From positions 7,733 through 71,732 of the forward strand of contig CAILMF010000041.1 in the NCBI GenBank assembly GCA_903835235.1: a stretch of 64,000 bases of DNA, read 5' to 3'. Positions 44,153-51,777 of this stretch are shown piece by piece. Position 1 is the stretch's first letter, and the number at the start of each line of letters is the position of its first letter. The notes under the pieces are model-generated. The model was not told where the DNA came from and did no database searches. It saw nothing but the letters and a program-made list of their open reading frames with translations. The DNA comes from an uncultured Rhodospirillales bacterium. GTDB lineage: Bacteria; Pseudomonadota; Alphaproteobacteria; Acetobacterales; Acetobacteraceae. Position numbers and translations under genes: made by a program.

Positions 44153-46885
44153 ATGTCCTATACGCTGCAGATCCTGAGCTATTACGGCGAGAGCGGCATG
44201 CTCGGCGTGCAGACCGCGCCGATCATGGGCGCGATGATCGACCGGTTCGACGACCAGTACGCCAACACCATCAAGATCGCCGAGGGCGACACCTTCATCC
44301 CCGGCCCCTGGCTGGTCGGCGGCGCCGATCCCTCGCTGAACGCCCTGGTCGGCACCACCGCGCTCGGCCGCCCGGACATCGCCATCCTGAACGCCTTCGG
44401 CACCACCGTGTCGTCGCTCGGCAACCATGAGTTCGACCTCGGCTCCCCGGTGTTCCAGGGCGCCCTCGCCGCCTCCGGCAGCGGTGCCACCGGCTGGGCC
44501 GGCGCGCTGTTCCCCTACATCACCGGCAACATCAACGTCAGCGCCGACAGCTCGCTGCGCGGCCTGTCCGACAAGTCGCTCGGCGGCACCAGCACCAACA
44601 GCTACGCCGGCCTCGAGACCAGCGCGATCAAGGGCAAGATCGCCCCCTACGCGATCAAGACCATCAACGGCGAGAAGATCGGCTTCGTCGGCGCCACCAC
44701 CTACGAGCTGGCCAACAAGTCCTCGCCGAATGGCACCGTCACCGTGGGCGTCGCCAGCACCGCCGACAGCGTGAAGATCCCGGAACTGGCGGCGATCATC
44801 CAGGCTTCGATCAACACGCTGACCGCGGCCGGCGTCAACAAGATCATCATGGTCGACCAGCTGGACACGCTGAGCCGCAACCAGGCCCTGGCCCCGCTGC
44901 TGACCGGCGTGGACATCATGGTGGCCGGCGGTGGCCATGAGCGCCTGGGCGATGCGACCGACACCGCGGTGGGCTTCAACGGCCACGACGCCAACTTCGC
45001 CGGCGCCTTCCCGATCGTCACCGCCGGCGCCGACGGCAACACCACGCTGATCGTCACCACCGACACCGAGTTCAGCTATCTCGGCCGCCTGGTGGTGGAC
45101 TTCGATGCCAACGGCGTGATCGACCCGACCAGCCTCAACCCGGCGGTCAACGGCGCCTACGCCTCCACCGCGACCAACCTGCAGGCCGCCTACGGCACCA
45201 CCGCCAGCGCCGCCGACATCATCGCCGGCTCCACCATCGGCAGCCAGGTGCAGGGCATCACCAGCGCCATCAACAACGTGATCGTCGCCAAGGATTCCAA
45301 CATCTTCGGCTACACCAACGTCTACATCGAAGGCGACCGCGTCTATGGCCGCGCCCAGGAAGTCAACCTGGGCGACCTGACCGCCGACGCCAACCTGTGG
45401 AAGGCCGCCCAGGCCGTCGCCCCGGGCACGCTGATGGTCTCGCTGAAGAATGGTGGCGGCCTGCGCGCCTCCATCGGCTCGGTCGACGAGGATGGCGTGA
45501 AGACCGCGCCGATCGCCACCTCGGTGAAGCCGGCCGGTGGCATCAGCCAGCTCGACATCGAGAACGCGCTGCGCTTCGACAACAAGATGATGGTGGTGGA
45601 CTTCACCGCCCAGGGCCTGAAGAACGTGCTGGAATACGGCACGACGCTGGCGGCCGGCAATGGCGGCTTCGCCCAGATGGGCGGCGTCCGGGTTTCGGTG
45701 GACGCCACCAAGACCGCCGGCAACAAGGTGCGTGACATCGCCGTCATCGACCTCGACGGCAACGTCATCGCCCGCGTCTGGGAAAACGGCCAGCTCTCGG
45801 CCGATGCCCCCTCGGTGATCTCCATGGTGGTGCTGAACTTCACCGCCAACAACGGCGACGGCTACCCGATCAAGGCCAATGGCACCAACTTCCGCTACCT
45901 GAAGACCGACGGCACGCTCTCCGCCGCCGCCGACAAGTCGCTGGACCTGACCGCTGCCGCCGGCTTCACCAGCGCCGGCATCACCGCCGCCGACCTGGTC
46001 GGCGAGCAGCTGGTGTTCGAGCAGTACCTGCAGACCTTCCACGCCACCCCGGCCACCGCCTACGACGTGGCCGACACCACCAAGGCGAGCGACCTCCGCC
46101 TGCAGGACCTGGCGTTCCGCGCCAACACCGTGATGCAGGGCGAGGACTACGCCGGCACCACGCGCAACGACAGCCACACCGGCACCGCCGGCAACGACAG
46201 CCTGGCCGGTGGCCGCGGCAACGACTCGCTGGACGGCGGCCTGGGCAACGACAGCCTGAGCGGTGGCCTGGGCCGTGACACCCTGGCCGGCGGCAATGGC
46301 AACGACACGCTGCTGGCCGGCGATAGCAACGACAGCCTGGATGGCGGTCTCGGCAACGACGTGCTGAACGGCGATGCCGGCAACGACACGCTGCTTGGCG
46401 GTGCCGGGAACGACCAGCTGGCCGGCGGTACCGAGCACGACAGCCTCGACGGCGGTATCGGCAATGACAGCCTGACCGGCGGTGACGGCCGTGACACCCT
46501 GGTTGGCGGTGAGGGCGCTGATACGCTCGCCGGCGGCCTGGGCCGCGACATGCTGACCGGTGGCGCCGGTGCCGATGGCTTCGTGCTGATGGCCCAGACC
46601 GCCAACTACGACAATGTGACCGACTTCGTCAGCGGGGTGGACTTCCTGATCATCTCCGCCGCCGAGTTCGGTGCCGGCCTGTCCGCCGGGATGGACCTGT
46701 CCACCGGCGGCCATTTCGTGTCCGGTCTCCGCGCCACCGCGGCGACCGCCACCTTCCTGTACGACGCGACGACGGGTCGCCTGCAGTTCGACGCCGACGG
46801 CATCGGCGCCGGCGGGCGCCAGCTGATTGCCGTGCTGGATGGTCACCCGACCCTGGTCGCCAGCGACCTGCACGTCATCGCCTGA
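44153..46885 (+). CDS. secreted 5'-nucleotidase/metallophosphoesterase-like protein fused to an RTX Ca-binding repeat block and a T1SS-type C-terminal domain
   Basis: Track ORF 44123..46885 trimmed to ATG 44153, with GGAGAG upstream. No signal peptide. GDTFIPG and GNHEFD metallophosphatase motifs, followed by a 5'-nucleotidase C-domain-like region. 15 consecutive GGxGxDxLx nonapeptides. C-terminal DNVTDFVSGVDFLIIS...LQFDADG...DLHVIA. Confidence 0.85.
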   Translation: MSYTLQILSYYGESGMLGVQTAPIMGAMIDRFDDQYANTIKIAEGDTFIPGPWLVGGADPSLNALVGTTALGRPDIAILNAFGTTVSSLGNHEFDLGSPVFQGALAASGSGATGWAGALFPYITGNINVSADSSLRGLSDKSLGGTSTNSYAGLETSAIKGKIAPYAIKTINGEKIGFVGATTYELANKSSPNGTVTVGVASTADSVKIPELAAIIQASINTLTAAGVNKIIMVDQLDTLSRNQALAPLLTGVDIMVAGGGHERLGDATDTAVGFNGHDANFAGAFPIVTAGADGNTTLIVTTDTEFSYLGRLVVDFDANGVIDPTSLNPAVNGAYASTATNLQAAYGTTASAADIIAGSTIGSQVQGITSAINNVIVAKDSNIFGYTNVYIEGDRVYGRAQEVNLGDLTADANLWKAAQAVAPGTLMVSLKNGGGLRASIGSVDEDGVKTAPIATSVKPAGGISQLDIENALRFDNKMMVVDFTAQGLKNVLEYGTTLAAGNGGFAQMGGVRVSVDATKTAGNKVRDIAVIDLDGNVIARVWENGQLSADAPSVISMVVLNFTANNGDGYPIKANGTNFRYLKTDGTLSAAADKSLDLTAAAGFTSAGITAADLVGEQLVFEQYLQTFHATPATAYDVADTTKASDLRLQDLAFRANTVMQGEDYAGTTRNDSHTGTAGNDSLAGGRGNDSLDGGLGNDSLSGGLGRDTLAGGNGNDTLLAGDSNDSLDGGLGNDVLNGDAGNDTLLGGAGNDQLAGGTEHDSLDGGIGNDSLTGGDGRDTLVGGEGADTLAGGLGRDMLTGGAGADGFVLMAQTANYDNVTDFVSGVDFLIISAAEFGAGLSAGMDLSTGGHFVSGLRATAATATFLYDATTGRLQFDADGIGAGGRQLIAVLDGHPTLVASDLHVIA
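46181..46585 (+). repeat. 15 consecutive RTX nonapeptide repeats (coding, inside the exoprotein gene)
   Basis: GTAGNDSLA GGRGNDSLD GGLGNDSLS GGLGRDTLA GGNGNDTLL AGDSNDSLD GGLGNDVLN GDAGNDTLL GGAGNDQLA GGTEHDSLD GGIGNDSLT GGDGRDTLV GGEGADTLA GGLGRDMLT GGAGADGFV. Confidence 0.9.
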
Positions 46886-46893
46886 ACCAGTAG

Positions 46894-46933
46894 CCAGGGC
46901 GGGCAGCGTCCTACTGGGCGCTGCCCGCCCTGG
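46894..46933 (+). terminator. 15-bp perfect GC-rich hairpin 9 nt after the RTX gene stop
   Basis: CCAGGGCGGGCAGCG-tcctactggg-CGCTGCCCGCCCTGG. There is no U-tract. Confidence 0.55.
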
Positions 46934-47008
46934 ATGTGCTGGGAAGCTGGCAGGCTGCGTCCACCTGAACGCAGCGCTTGCTCCAGAAGTCATTGAATCC
47001 AGAAGAAG

Positions 47009-47042
47009 AAATGCGTTCAGATGATTCCATCTGAACGCATTT
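47009..47042. repeat. palindromic intergenic element copy 2 (15-bp perfect stem AAATGCGTTCAGATG/CATCTGAACGCATTT, loop ATTC)
   Basis: Read directly. It is an inverted-orientation relative of the element at 38964-39011. Confidence 0.7.
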
Positions 47043-47107
47043 TGCTTTAGAGCCTGATCCGCGAAGGCGGAATCGCCGGAGCGGTGAATCAGCCTCTCAA
47101 ACAAAGC

Positions 47108-47143
47108 CTACAGCGTGATCAACCAAAGTGGATCACGCTGTAG
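47108..47143. repeat. 13-bp perfect hairpin CTACAGCGTGATC-N10-GATCACGCTGTAG
   Basis: Read directly. It lies in the gene-free region. Confidence 0.6.
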
Positions 47144-47620
47144 CCGGCTGCGGAAAAACCCCGGCCACGCGCCGTTCTCGTCACCACCGGGCTGGACCCG
47201 GTGATCCCTCATCCATTGATGTGAGGTGGCCCTTGGATGCCCGGTACAAGCCCGGGCATGCCGATCATGGTGCCAAGCTGCGAATTTCCGCATCCTGTTG
47301 GGGCCGCTACCCCCGGCCAACCGCCCTGGCACAGCAATGGCGCCAGGCGGGGCTTCCCGCCGAAGCCAGCGCGCGCCGCCGATGGGCCGGTTCGGGTTTC
47401 GACCCGCCAGGGCTGCTTTCCGCGGGCGAGGCCATGGTGTGCCGGCGCGCTTGGTACCGGATACGGCTGCTGGCAGATGAATATCGGCCAGGCCTGGGGC
47501 AGGGCGCAGCGAGGCGACGCGTCACGCTGTTCCAGCAAGGCTGCTGCCGGTGCCGCCGCGTGGCAGTTGCCGCGAGGCGCGCCAGCGCAAATGGCATTTT
47601 GCTGCGGCGCACAATTTCAC

Positions 47621-47649
47621 TTGCAAGCCCGGCTCGGGCCGGCTAGCTT
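47621..47649 (+). promoter_or_regulatory. sigma70-like promoter candidate TTGCAA-N17-TAGCTT
   Basis: -35 TTGCAA at 47621-47626, a 17-nt spacer, then -10 TAGCTT at 47644-47649. It is positioned to drive the short transcript that ends at the 47716-47747 terminator. Confidence 0.35.
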
Positions 47650-47654
47650 CGGAC

Positions 47655-47747
47655 TTGGCGATTAGGTCAGTTTCACTGACCTCTTGGCTTTCTTGGACGT
47701 TTCCTCCCTAAACTCGGCGGTGCCCACAAGGCACCGCCTCTTTTTTT
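47655..47747 (+). ncRNA. candidate ~90-nt trans-acting sRNA with a single-stranded anti-Shine-Dalgarno-like UUCCUCCCUAA motif
   Basis: 5' hairpin AGGTCAGT-ttc-ACTGACCT (47664-47682). Unpaired linker CTTGGCTTTCTTGGACGTTTCCTCCCTAAACT. Textbook intrinsic terminator at the 3' end. No credible ORF. The 5' end is inferred from the promoter guess only. Confidence 0.4.
47716..47747 (+). terminator. Rho-independent terminator (GGCGGTGCC-cacaa-GGCACCGCC followed by TCTTTTTTT)
   Basis: Read directly. It is the only hairpin in the window followed by a clean U-tract, and it is not preceded by any + strand protein gene. Confidence 0.8.
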
Positions 47748-47876
47748 GCCTGCGCAGGGAGGCGCGCTGCGGAAACACACTGACATATTGCGGCAGGCGC
47801 GGTCAAGACGACATAAAGTGTCGTGCCAGCCTCGGTTACCGCCAGAAGCTCGACAATCCTGAATTCGTGCCGCCGC

Positions 47877-49130
47877 TCAGCGCTGTCCCGCCGGCAGCCG
47901 CACCGTCGTCAGCACCGCGGCCCCGACGCCCAGGAAGACCAGCACCGTGGCCATGCCGGCGCGCTGGCTCTGGGTTGCCGCCGTCACCACGGCCAGCACG
48001 GCCGGGCCGAAGAAGCCGGTGACCCGTCCGCTGAGCGCGAACAGCCCGAAATGCGCCGCCGCCTCGCCCGCCGGCGCCAGGCGCGCCATCAGCGTGCGGC
48101 TGGCCGCCTGGGCCGGCCCCATGAAGATGCCGAGCGCGAGCGCCAGCGCCCAGAAGGCCGGCTTGCCGGAAACCACCAGCAGCCCGCCGCCGATCAGCGT
48201 GATGGCGGCCAGCGAGACCAGCACCGTGCGCTTGCTGCCGAAGCGGTCCTCCACCAGGCCGAAGCCGGCGGCGCCCAGCCCGGCCGTCACGTTCAGCGCA
48301 ATGCCGAACATGATCACCTCGTCCACCGTCATGCCGAAGACCCCGGCGGCGAAGATGGCGCCGAAGGCGAACAGCGTGTTCAAGCCATCGGTGTAGAACA
48401 GCCGGGCGAGCAGGAAGCGCGCCAGCACCGGCTGCCGCGGCAGCCCCTTCAGCACCCGCCAGGTTTCGCTGAGGCCAGCCCGCGCCGCCGCCCACCAACT
48501 GGGGCGGTCGCCGGCCGGGTCCGGCATGGCCAGCAGCACCGGCCAGCAGAACAGCGTCACCCAGGCGGCGCACAGCAGCGCGGTGGCGCGGACATGCTCG
48601 GCATTGGCGCGGTCCAGCCCGAACAGCGCGGGGTTCGGCTGCACCAGCAGGAACAGGCACAGCAGCAGGCAGACCAGGCCGCCGGCATAGCCCAGCCCCC
48701 AGGCCAGGCCACTCACCCGCCCCAGCTTTTCCGGCGGCGCCAGCCCCGGCAGCAGCGCGTTGTAGAACACCGTCGCCAGCTCGAACGCCACCGTCGCCAC
48801 GCCGACGCAGACCAGCGCCCACAACGCAAACTCCGGCTTCGGCTCGGCGAACCAGATGCCGGCGGTGAACACCACCATGACGCAGGTGCACAATGCCAGC
48901 ATGAAGCGCCGCCGCCCGCCGGCATCCGCAACCGCGCCCAGCGCCGGGGAAAGCAGCGCGATGGCGATGCCGGCGCAGGTCTGCATCCAGCCCCATTGCG
49001 CCTGGCCGGTCGCCGGGTCCGCCGCGATGCCCTGGGTGAAGTAGGCGGCGATGACGAAGGTGGAGACCACCGTGGGGAAGGCGGAGTTCGCCCAGTCGTA
49101 GAAGGCCCAGGCCCATGCCTTGCGGTGCAT
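47877..49130 (-). CDS. MFS transporter, UMF1/Atg22-like family
   Basis: Track ORF of 417 aa. WAFYDWANSAFPTVVSTFVIAAYF at the N-terminus is characteristic of the UMF1 family. About 12 TM segments. Confidence 0.75.
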   Translation of the reverse strand: MHRKAWAWAFYDWANSAFPTVVSTFVIAAYFTQGIAADPATGQAQWGWMQTCAGIAIALLSPALGAVADAGGRRRFMLALCTCVMVVFTAGIWFAEPKPEFALWALVCVGVATVAFELATVFYNALLPGLAPPEKLGRVSGLAWGLGYAGGLVCLLLCLFLLVQPNPALFGLDRANAEHVRATALLCAAWVTLFCWPVLLAMPDPAGDRPSWWAAARAGLSETWRVLKGLPRQPVLARFLLARLFYTDGLNTLFAFGAIFAAGVFGMTVDEVIMFGIALNVTAGLGAAGFGLVEDRFGSKRTVLVSLAAITLIGGGLLVVSGKPAFWALALALGIFMGPAQAASRTLMARLAPAGEAAAHFGLFALSGRVTGFFGPAVLAVVTAATQSQRAGMATVLVFLGVGAAVLTTVRLPAGQR

Positions 49131-49134
49131 CGCC

Positions 49135-49806
49135 TCAGAACCCCAGGCGCAGCGCGCCGCCCTTTTCCAGCGCGCGCTGCCAGGCGGGCCGGGCGCGCAT
49201 CCGTTCCAGCCAGGCCCATAGCCTGGGGTGGCTGGCGGCGGTCAGCCCGCCACGCGCGGCGCTGGCCTCGGCCACGAAGATCATCTGCACGTCCGCCGCG
49301 CCGAAGCCCGCGCCGCTGAAATGCGCCGCCTCCGCCAGGGCCGCGTCCATGTAGGCCAGCTGGTCGCGGATCTGCCCTTCCACCCGCACGCGCAGCGGCA
49401 TCAGTGCCTTGCGGAGGATGGCGCGCACCGGCCAGGGCGCCTTGTCCGTCCGGTTCAGGATCAGCTTGACCAGCAGCGGCGTCATCGCGCTGCCCTCGGC
49501 GAAGTGCATCCAGTGCAGGTGCCGCACCCAGTCCGCACTGCCGCGCGCCGGGGCGAACTGCCCGCGCAGGTCATGGCGCTGCAGCAGGTACTCCAGGATC
49601 GCGCCGGATTCCGCCAGCGGCGCGATGCCGTCATCCTCCAGCACCGGCGACTTGCCCAGCGGATGCACCGCGCGCAGCGCCGCCGGCGCCGCCAGCGTGG
49701 CCGGGTCTCGCCGATAGGTCACGACCTCATAGGGCTGGCCCAACTCCTCCAGCAGCCACAGCACGCGGTGCGACCGCGAGTTTTCCAGGTGATGAACGCG
49801 AATCAT
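49135..49806 (-). CDS. glutathione S-transferase family protein
   Basis: Track ORF 49135..49971 trimmed to ATG 49806 (MIRVHHLENSRSHRVLWLLEELGQPYEVV...HPLGKSPVLEDDG...ESGAILEYL), giving 223 aa. Confidence 0.85.
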   Translation of the reverse strand: MIRVHHLENSRSHRVLWLLEELGQPYEVVTYRRDPATLAAPAALRAVHPLGKSPVLEDDGIAPLAESGAILEYLLQRHDLRGQFAPARGSADWVRHLHWMHFAEGSAMTPLLVKLILNRTDKAPWPVRAILRKALMPLRVRVEGQIRDQLAYMDAALAEAAHFSGAGFGAADVQMIFVAEASAARGGLTAASHPRLWAWLERMRARPAWQRALEKGGALRLGF

Positions 49807-49818
49807 CTCGGCCCCCTC

Positions 49819-49867
49819 GGCATTGCGCCCCGGCATCGCCCCCGGCAACGCCCGTGGCAACGCCCCT
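49819..49867. repeat. four tandem degenerate ~12-bp repeats (GGCAWYGCSCCY) just upstream of the GST start
   Basis: ggcattgcgcccc ggcatcgccccc ggcaacgcccgt ggcaacgcccct, read directly. Confidence 0.6.
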
Positions 49868-50098
49868 TGGGGTGCCGCCAGTCTGCCCGCATCACTATCA
49901 CGCCAGCCAGCGCAAAGCCCGTTCCACCAGCGCCGCGACCGCCCATGTCGGCAATTGTCGGGATCCATCAAGTTGTGTCGTGGCGATAGACAATGCTCGT
50001 TGGTTGTAGAGAAAGGTCATCCTTAACGCTTTCCGGTTGTACTCCCGCCCGCTGGGAACCTATCTGGAACCCGCGAAAGCCGATCCGGAGCCTGCGCC

Positions 50099-50452
50099 AT
50101 GCTCGTCACTGACCAATCTGAATGGACCGTCCTCGGCCAGCCGGCCGGTGACCGCCGCCGCTGGCGCAACGCCCAGGTGGCACCGCGGACCGAGATGCTG
50201 CCGGCCGGCCCGGCCAGCTTCGTCGCCCCGGGGCCGGACCTGGTGCAGCTTGCGCTGCGGGCCGATGAACGCCACAGCAGCCGCGAGGCGATCCTGGGCC
50301 TGGTCCTGGCCGTGCTGATGCTGCTGGCGGTTGGCCAGGGCTGGCTCTGGCCGGTGCTGGCCGGCGCCTTCGTGGCCGCGCCGGTCATCGGCATTGCGCT
50401 GGAAAGCTGGGACGCGCTGGCGGACTGGCGCCGGAAGCGCCGGCAGGGCTGA
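50099..50452 (+). CDS. hypothetical small membrane protein (117 aa, two predicted TM segments)
   Basis: Track ORF with GC-rich third codon positions. The hydrophobic pair ILGLVLAVLMLLAV / WPVLAGAFVAAPVIGIAL is followed by a basic tail. A hairpin lies downstream. No family recognised. Confidence 0.45.
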   Translation: MLVTDQSEWTVLGQPAGDRRRWRNAQVAPRTEMLPAGPASFVAPGPDLVQLALRADERHSSREAILGLVLAVLMLLAVGQGWLWPVLAGAFVAAPVIGIALESWDALADWRRKRRQG

Positions 50453-50464
50453 CCTGCCGCGCAG

Positions 50465-50488
50465 CCCGGCCACAGCCGGGATTCTTCT
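50465..50488 (+). terminator. short GC hairpin CCCGGC-caca-GCCGGG followed by ATTCTTCT
   Basis: Read directly. It separates the 50099 ORF from the cupin-4 operon. Confidence 0.35.
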
Positions 50489-50556
50489 GGTCCTGCCGGC
50501 TCTCGCCGCCGCTGCCGATGATTCCGCCAGCGCCGGGATTGCGCTAGCCTCGCCGA

Positions 50557-51777
50557 ATGATCTCCTCCCTGGCTGAACTGCTGGCGCCCGTCTCGCCGGA
50601 GCGCTTCTTCGCCGAATACCACGACCGCCAGCCGCTGCACGTGAAGGGCGGTGCCGCCCGCTTCGCCAGCGTGCTGTCCTGGCGCCAGCTGAACCGGCTG
50701 CTGGACATGACGCATATCTGGTCCGCCCAGTCGCTGAAGCTGGTGCTGGATGAAAAGCCGGTGCCGGCCGACCAGTATTGCGCCCCCGCCACCAGCCGCG
50801 ACAACGACCAGGTGATGCAGCCCGTCGCCGCCCGGGTGATGGACTGGGTCAAGCGCGGCGCCAGCCTGGCCTTGAACGACGTGGACAGCCTGACCCCTGG
50901 GATGGCCGCGGTTTCCGCCGCGCTGGAAGGTGCCGGCTTGGGCAAGGCCCAGGCCAATGTCTATGTCAGCTGGCAGGCGCACAAGGCCTTCCCCAGCCAC
51001 TTCGACACGCATGATGTCTGGGCGGTGCAGGTGGAGGGCGAGAAGGTCTGGAACATCTGGGAAGGCCGCGCCGACTGGCCCATCGCCAACCCGCTGTTCC
51101 GCAACCTGGGCCAGGCGCATCACGACCAGGCCAAGGGGAAGCTGCGGGAGAAGGTCACGCTGCAGGCCGGCGACCTGCTGTATCTGCCGCGCGGCTGGTA
51201 CCACGACGCGCTGTGCGAGGGGCCATCCACCATGCACATCGCCTATGGCGTGCACGCGCCGCTGGGCATGGATGTGATGAACATGCTGATGGAACGCGCG
51301 CTGTACGAGCCGATCTTCCGCCAGCCGCTGCCGCGCCAGGACGGCAGCGCCGCCGCCCGCTTCGCGCTGACCACCCGTGCCGGGCAACTGGGCCAGAAGC
51401 TGGCCGAACTGGCCCGCGACCCCAAGGTGATGGAGGTGCTGGAAGGCTTCGTCGCCGGCTTCCACTACCAGCGCGGCGGCATGGACGTGCTGGCAGCGCG
51501 CGGCCTGGCCCCCGCCGCCAACCCGGCCGCCGACACCGAGGCCCCAAGCTTCCGCGTGCTGGCGCCGGGGCTGAAGCCGGTGCGCCGCGGCGCCGACTGG
51601 GTGCTGAAGACCGCGACCGGCGCCGTGCCGCTGGCCCCGCCGGAGGCCGAGGCCGCCGCCTGGCTGCTCGGCCGCCCCGATGTCACCGAAGCCGAGCTGC
51701 GCCAGGCCCATCCCGGCGTCGATGCCGCGGCGTTGCTGCCCCGCCTGGTCGGCGCCGGCCTGCTGGTGGCGGCATGA
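50557..51777 (+). CDS. JmjC/cupin-4 family Fe(II)/2-oxoglutarate-type oxygenase (RoxA/YcfD-like fold)
   Basis: Track ORF of 406 aa with no signal peptide. SHFDTHDVWAVQVEGEKVWNIW (HxD), GDLLYLPRGWYHDA and STMHIAYG (distal His) match the cupin-4 pattern. C-terminal helical/winged-helix-like tail. Confidence 0.75.
   Translation: MISSLAELLAPVSPERFFAEYHDRQPLHVKGGAARFASVLSWRQLNRLLDMTHIWSAQSLKLVLDEKPVPADQYCAPATSRDNDQVMQPVAARVMDWVKRGASLALNDVDSLTPGMAAVSAALEGAGLGKAQANVYVSWQAHKAFPSHFDTHDVWAVQVEGEKVWNIWEGRADWPIANPLFRNLGQAHHDQAKGKLREKVTLQAGDLLYLPRGWYHDALCEGPSTMHIAYGVHAPLGMDVMNMLMERALYEPIFRQPLPRQDGSAAARFALTTRAGQLGQKLAELARDPKVMEVLEGFVAGFHYQRGGMDVLAARGLAPAANPAADTEAPSFRVLAPGLKPVRRGADWVLKTATGAVPLAPPEAEAAAWLLGRPDVTEAELRQAHPGVDAAALLPRLVGAGLLVAA

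Noticed and set aside
46181-46585. 27-nt periodic DNA repeats considered as a possible VNTR or CRISPR-like array
   Set aside because: They are in frame and encode RTX GGxGxD nonapeptides. There are no spacers, no leader and no cas genes.
44126-47104. 992-aa minus-strand ORF
   Set aside because: Antisense shadow of the RTX exoprotein gene. The RTX nonapeptides and phosphoesterase motifs are only on the + strand.
47144-47620. Known structured RNAs in the gene-free region (cobalamin or other riboswitch, RNase P, SRP, tmRNA, 6S, tRNA)
   Set aside because: I found none of the hallmark strings I know: the B12 box GCCACTG, RNase P GAGGAAAGUCC, a tRNA T-arm GGTTCGAATCC, or the SRP GGAA/AGCA motif. 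In addition, no downstream gene is in the right orientation for a riboswitch.
47128-47665. Track ORFs 47128..47646, 47237..47665, 47209..47538 and 47307..47612 as possible genes
   Set aside because: They are mutually overlapping frames with Arg/Trp/Cys/Pro-rich products. They show no RBS, no motifs and no signal or TM features. I treat the region as non-coding (see finding).
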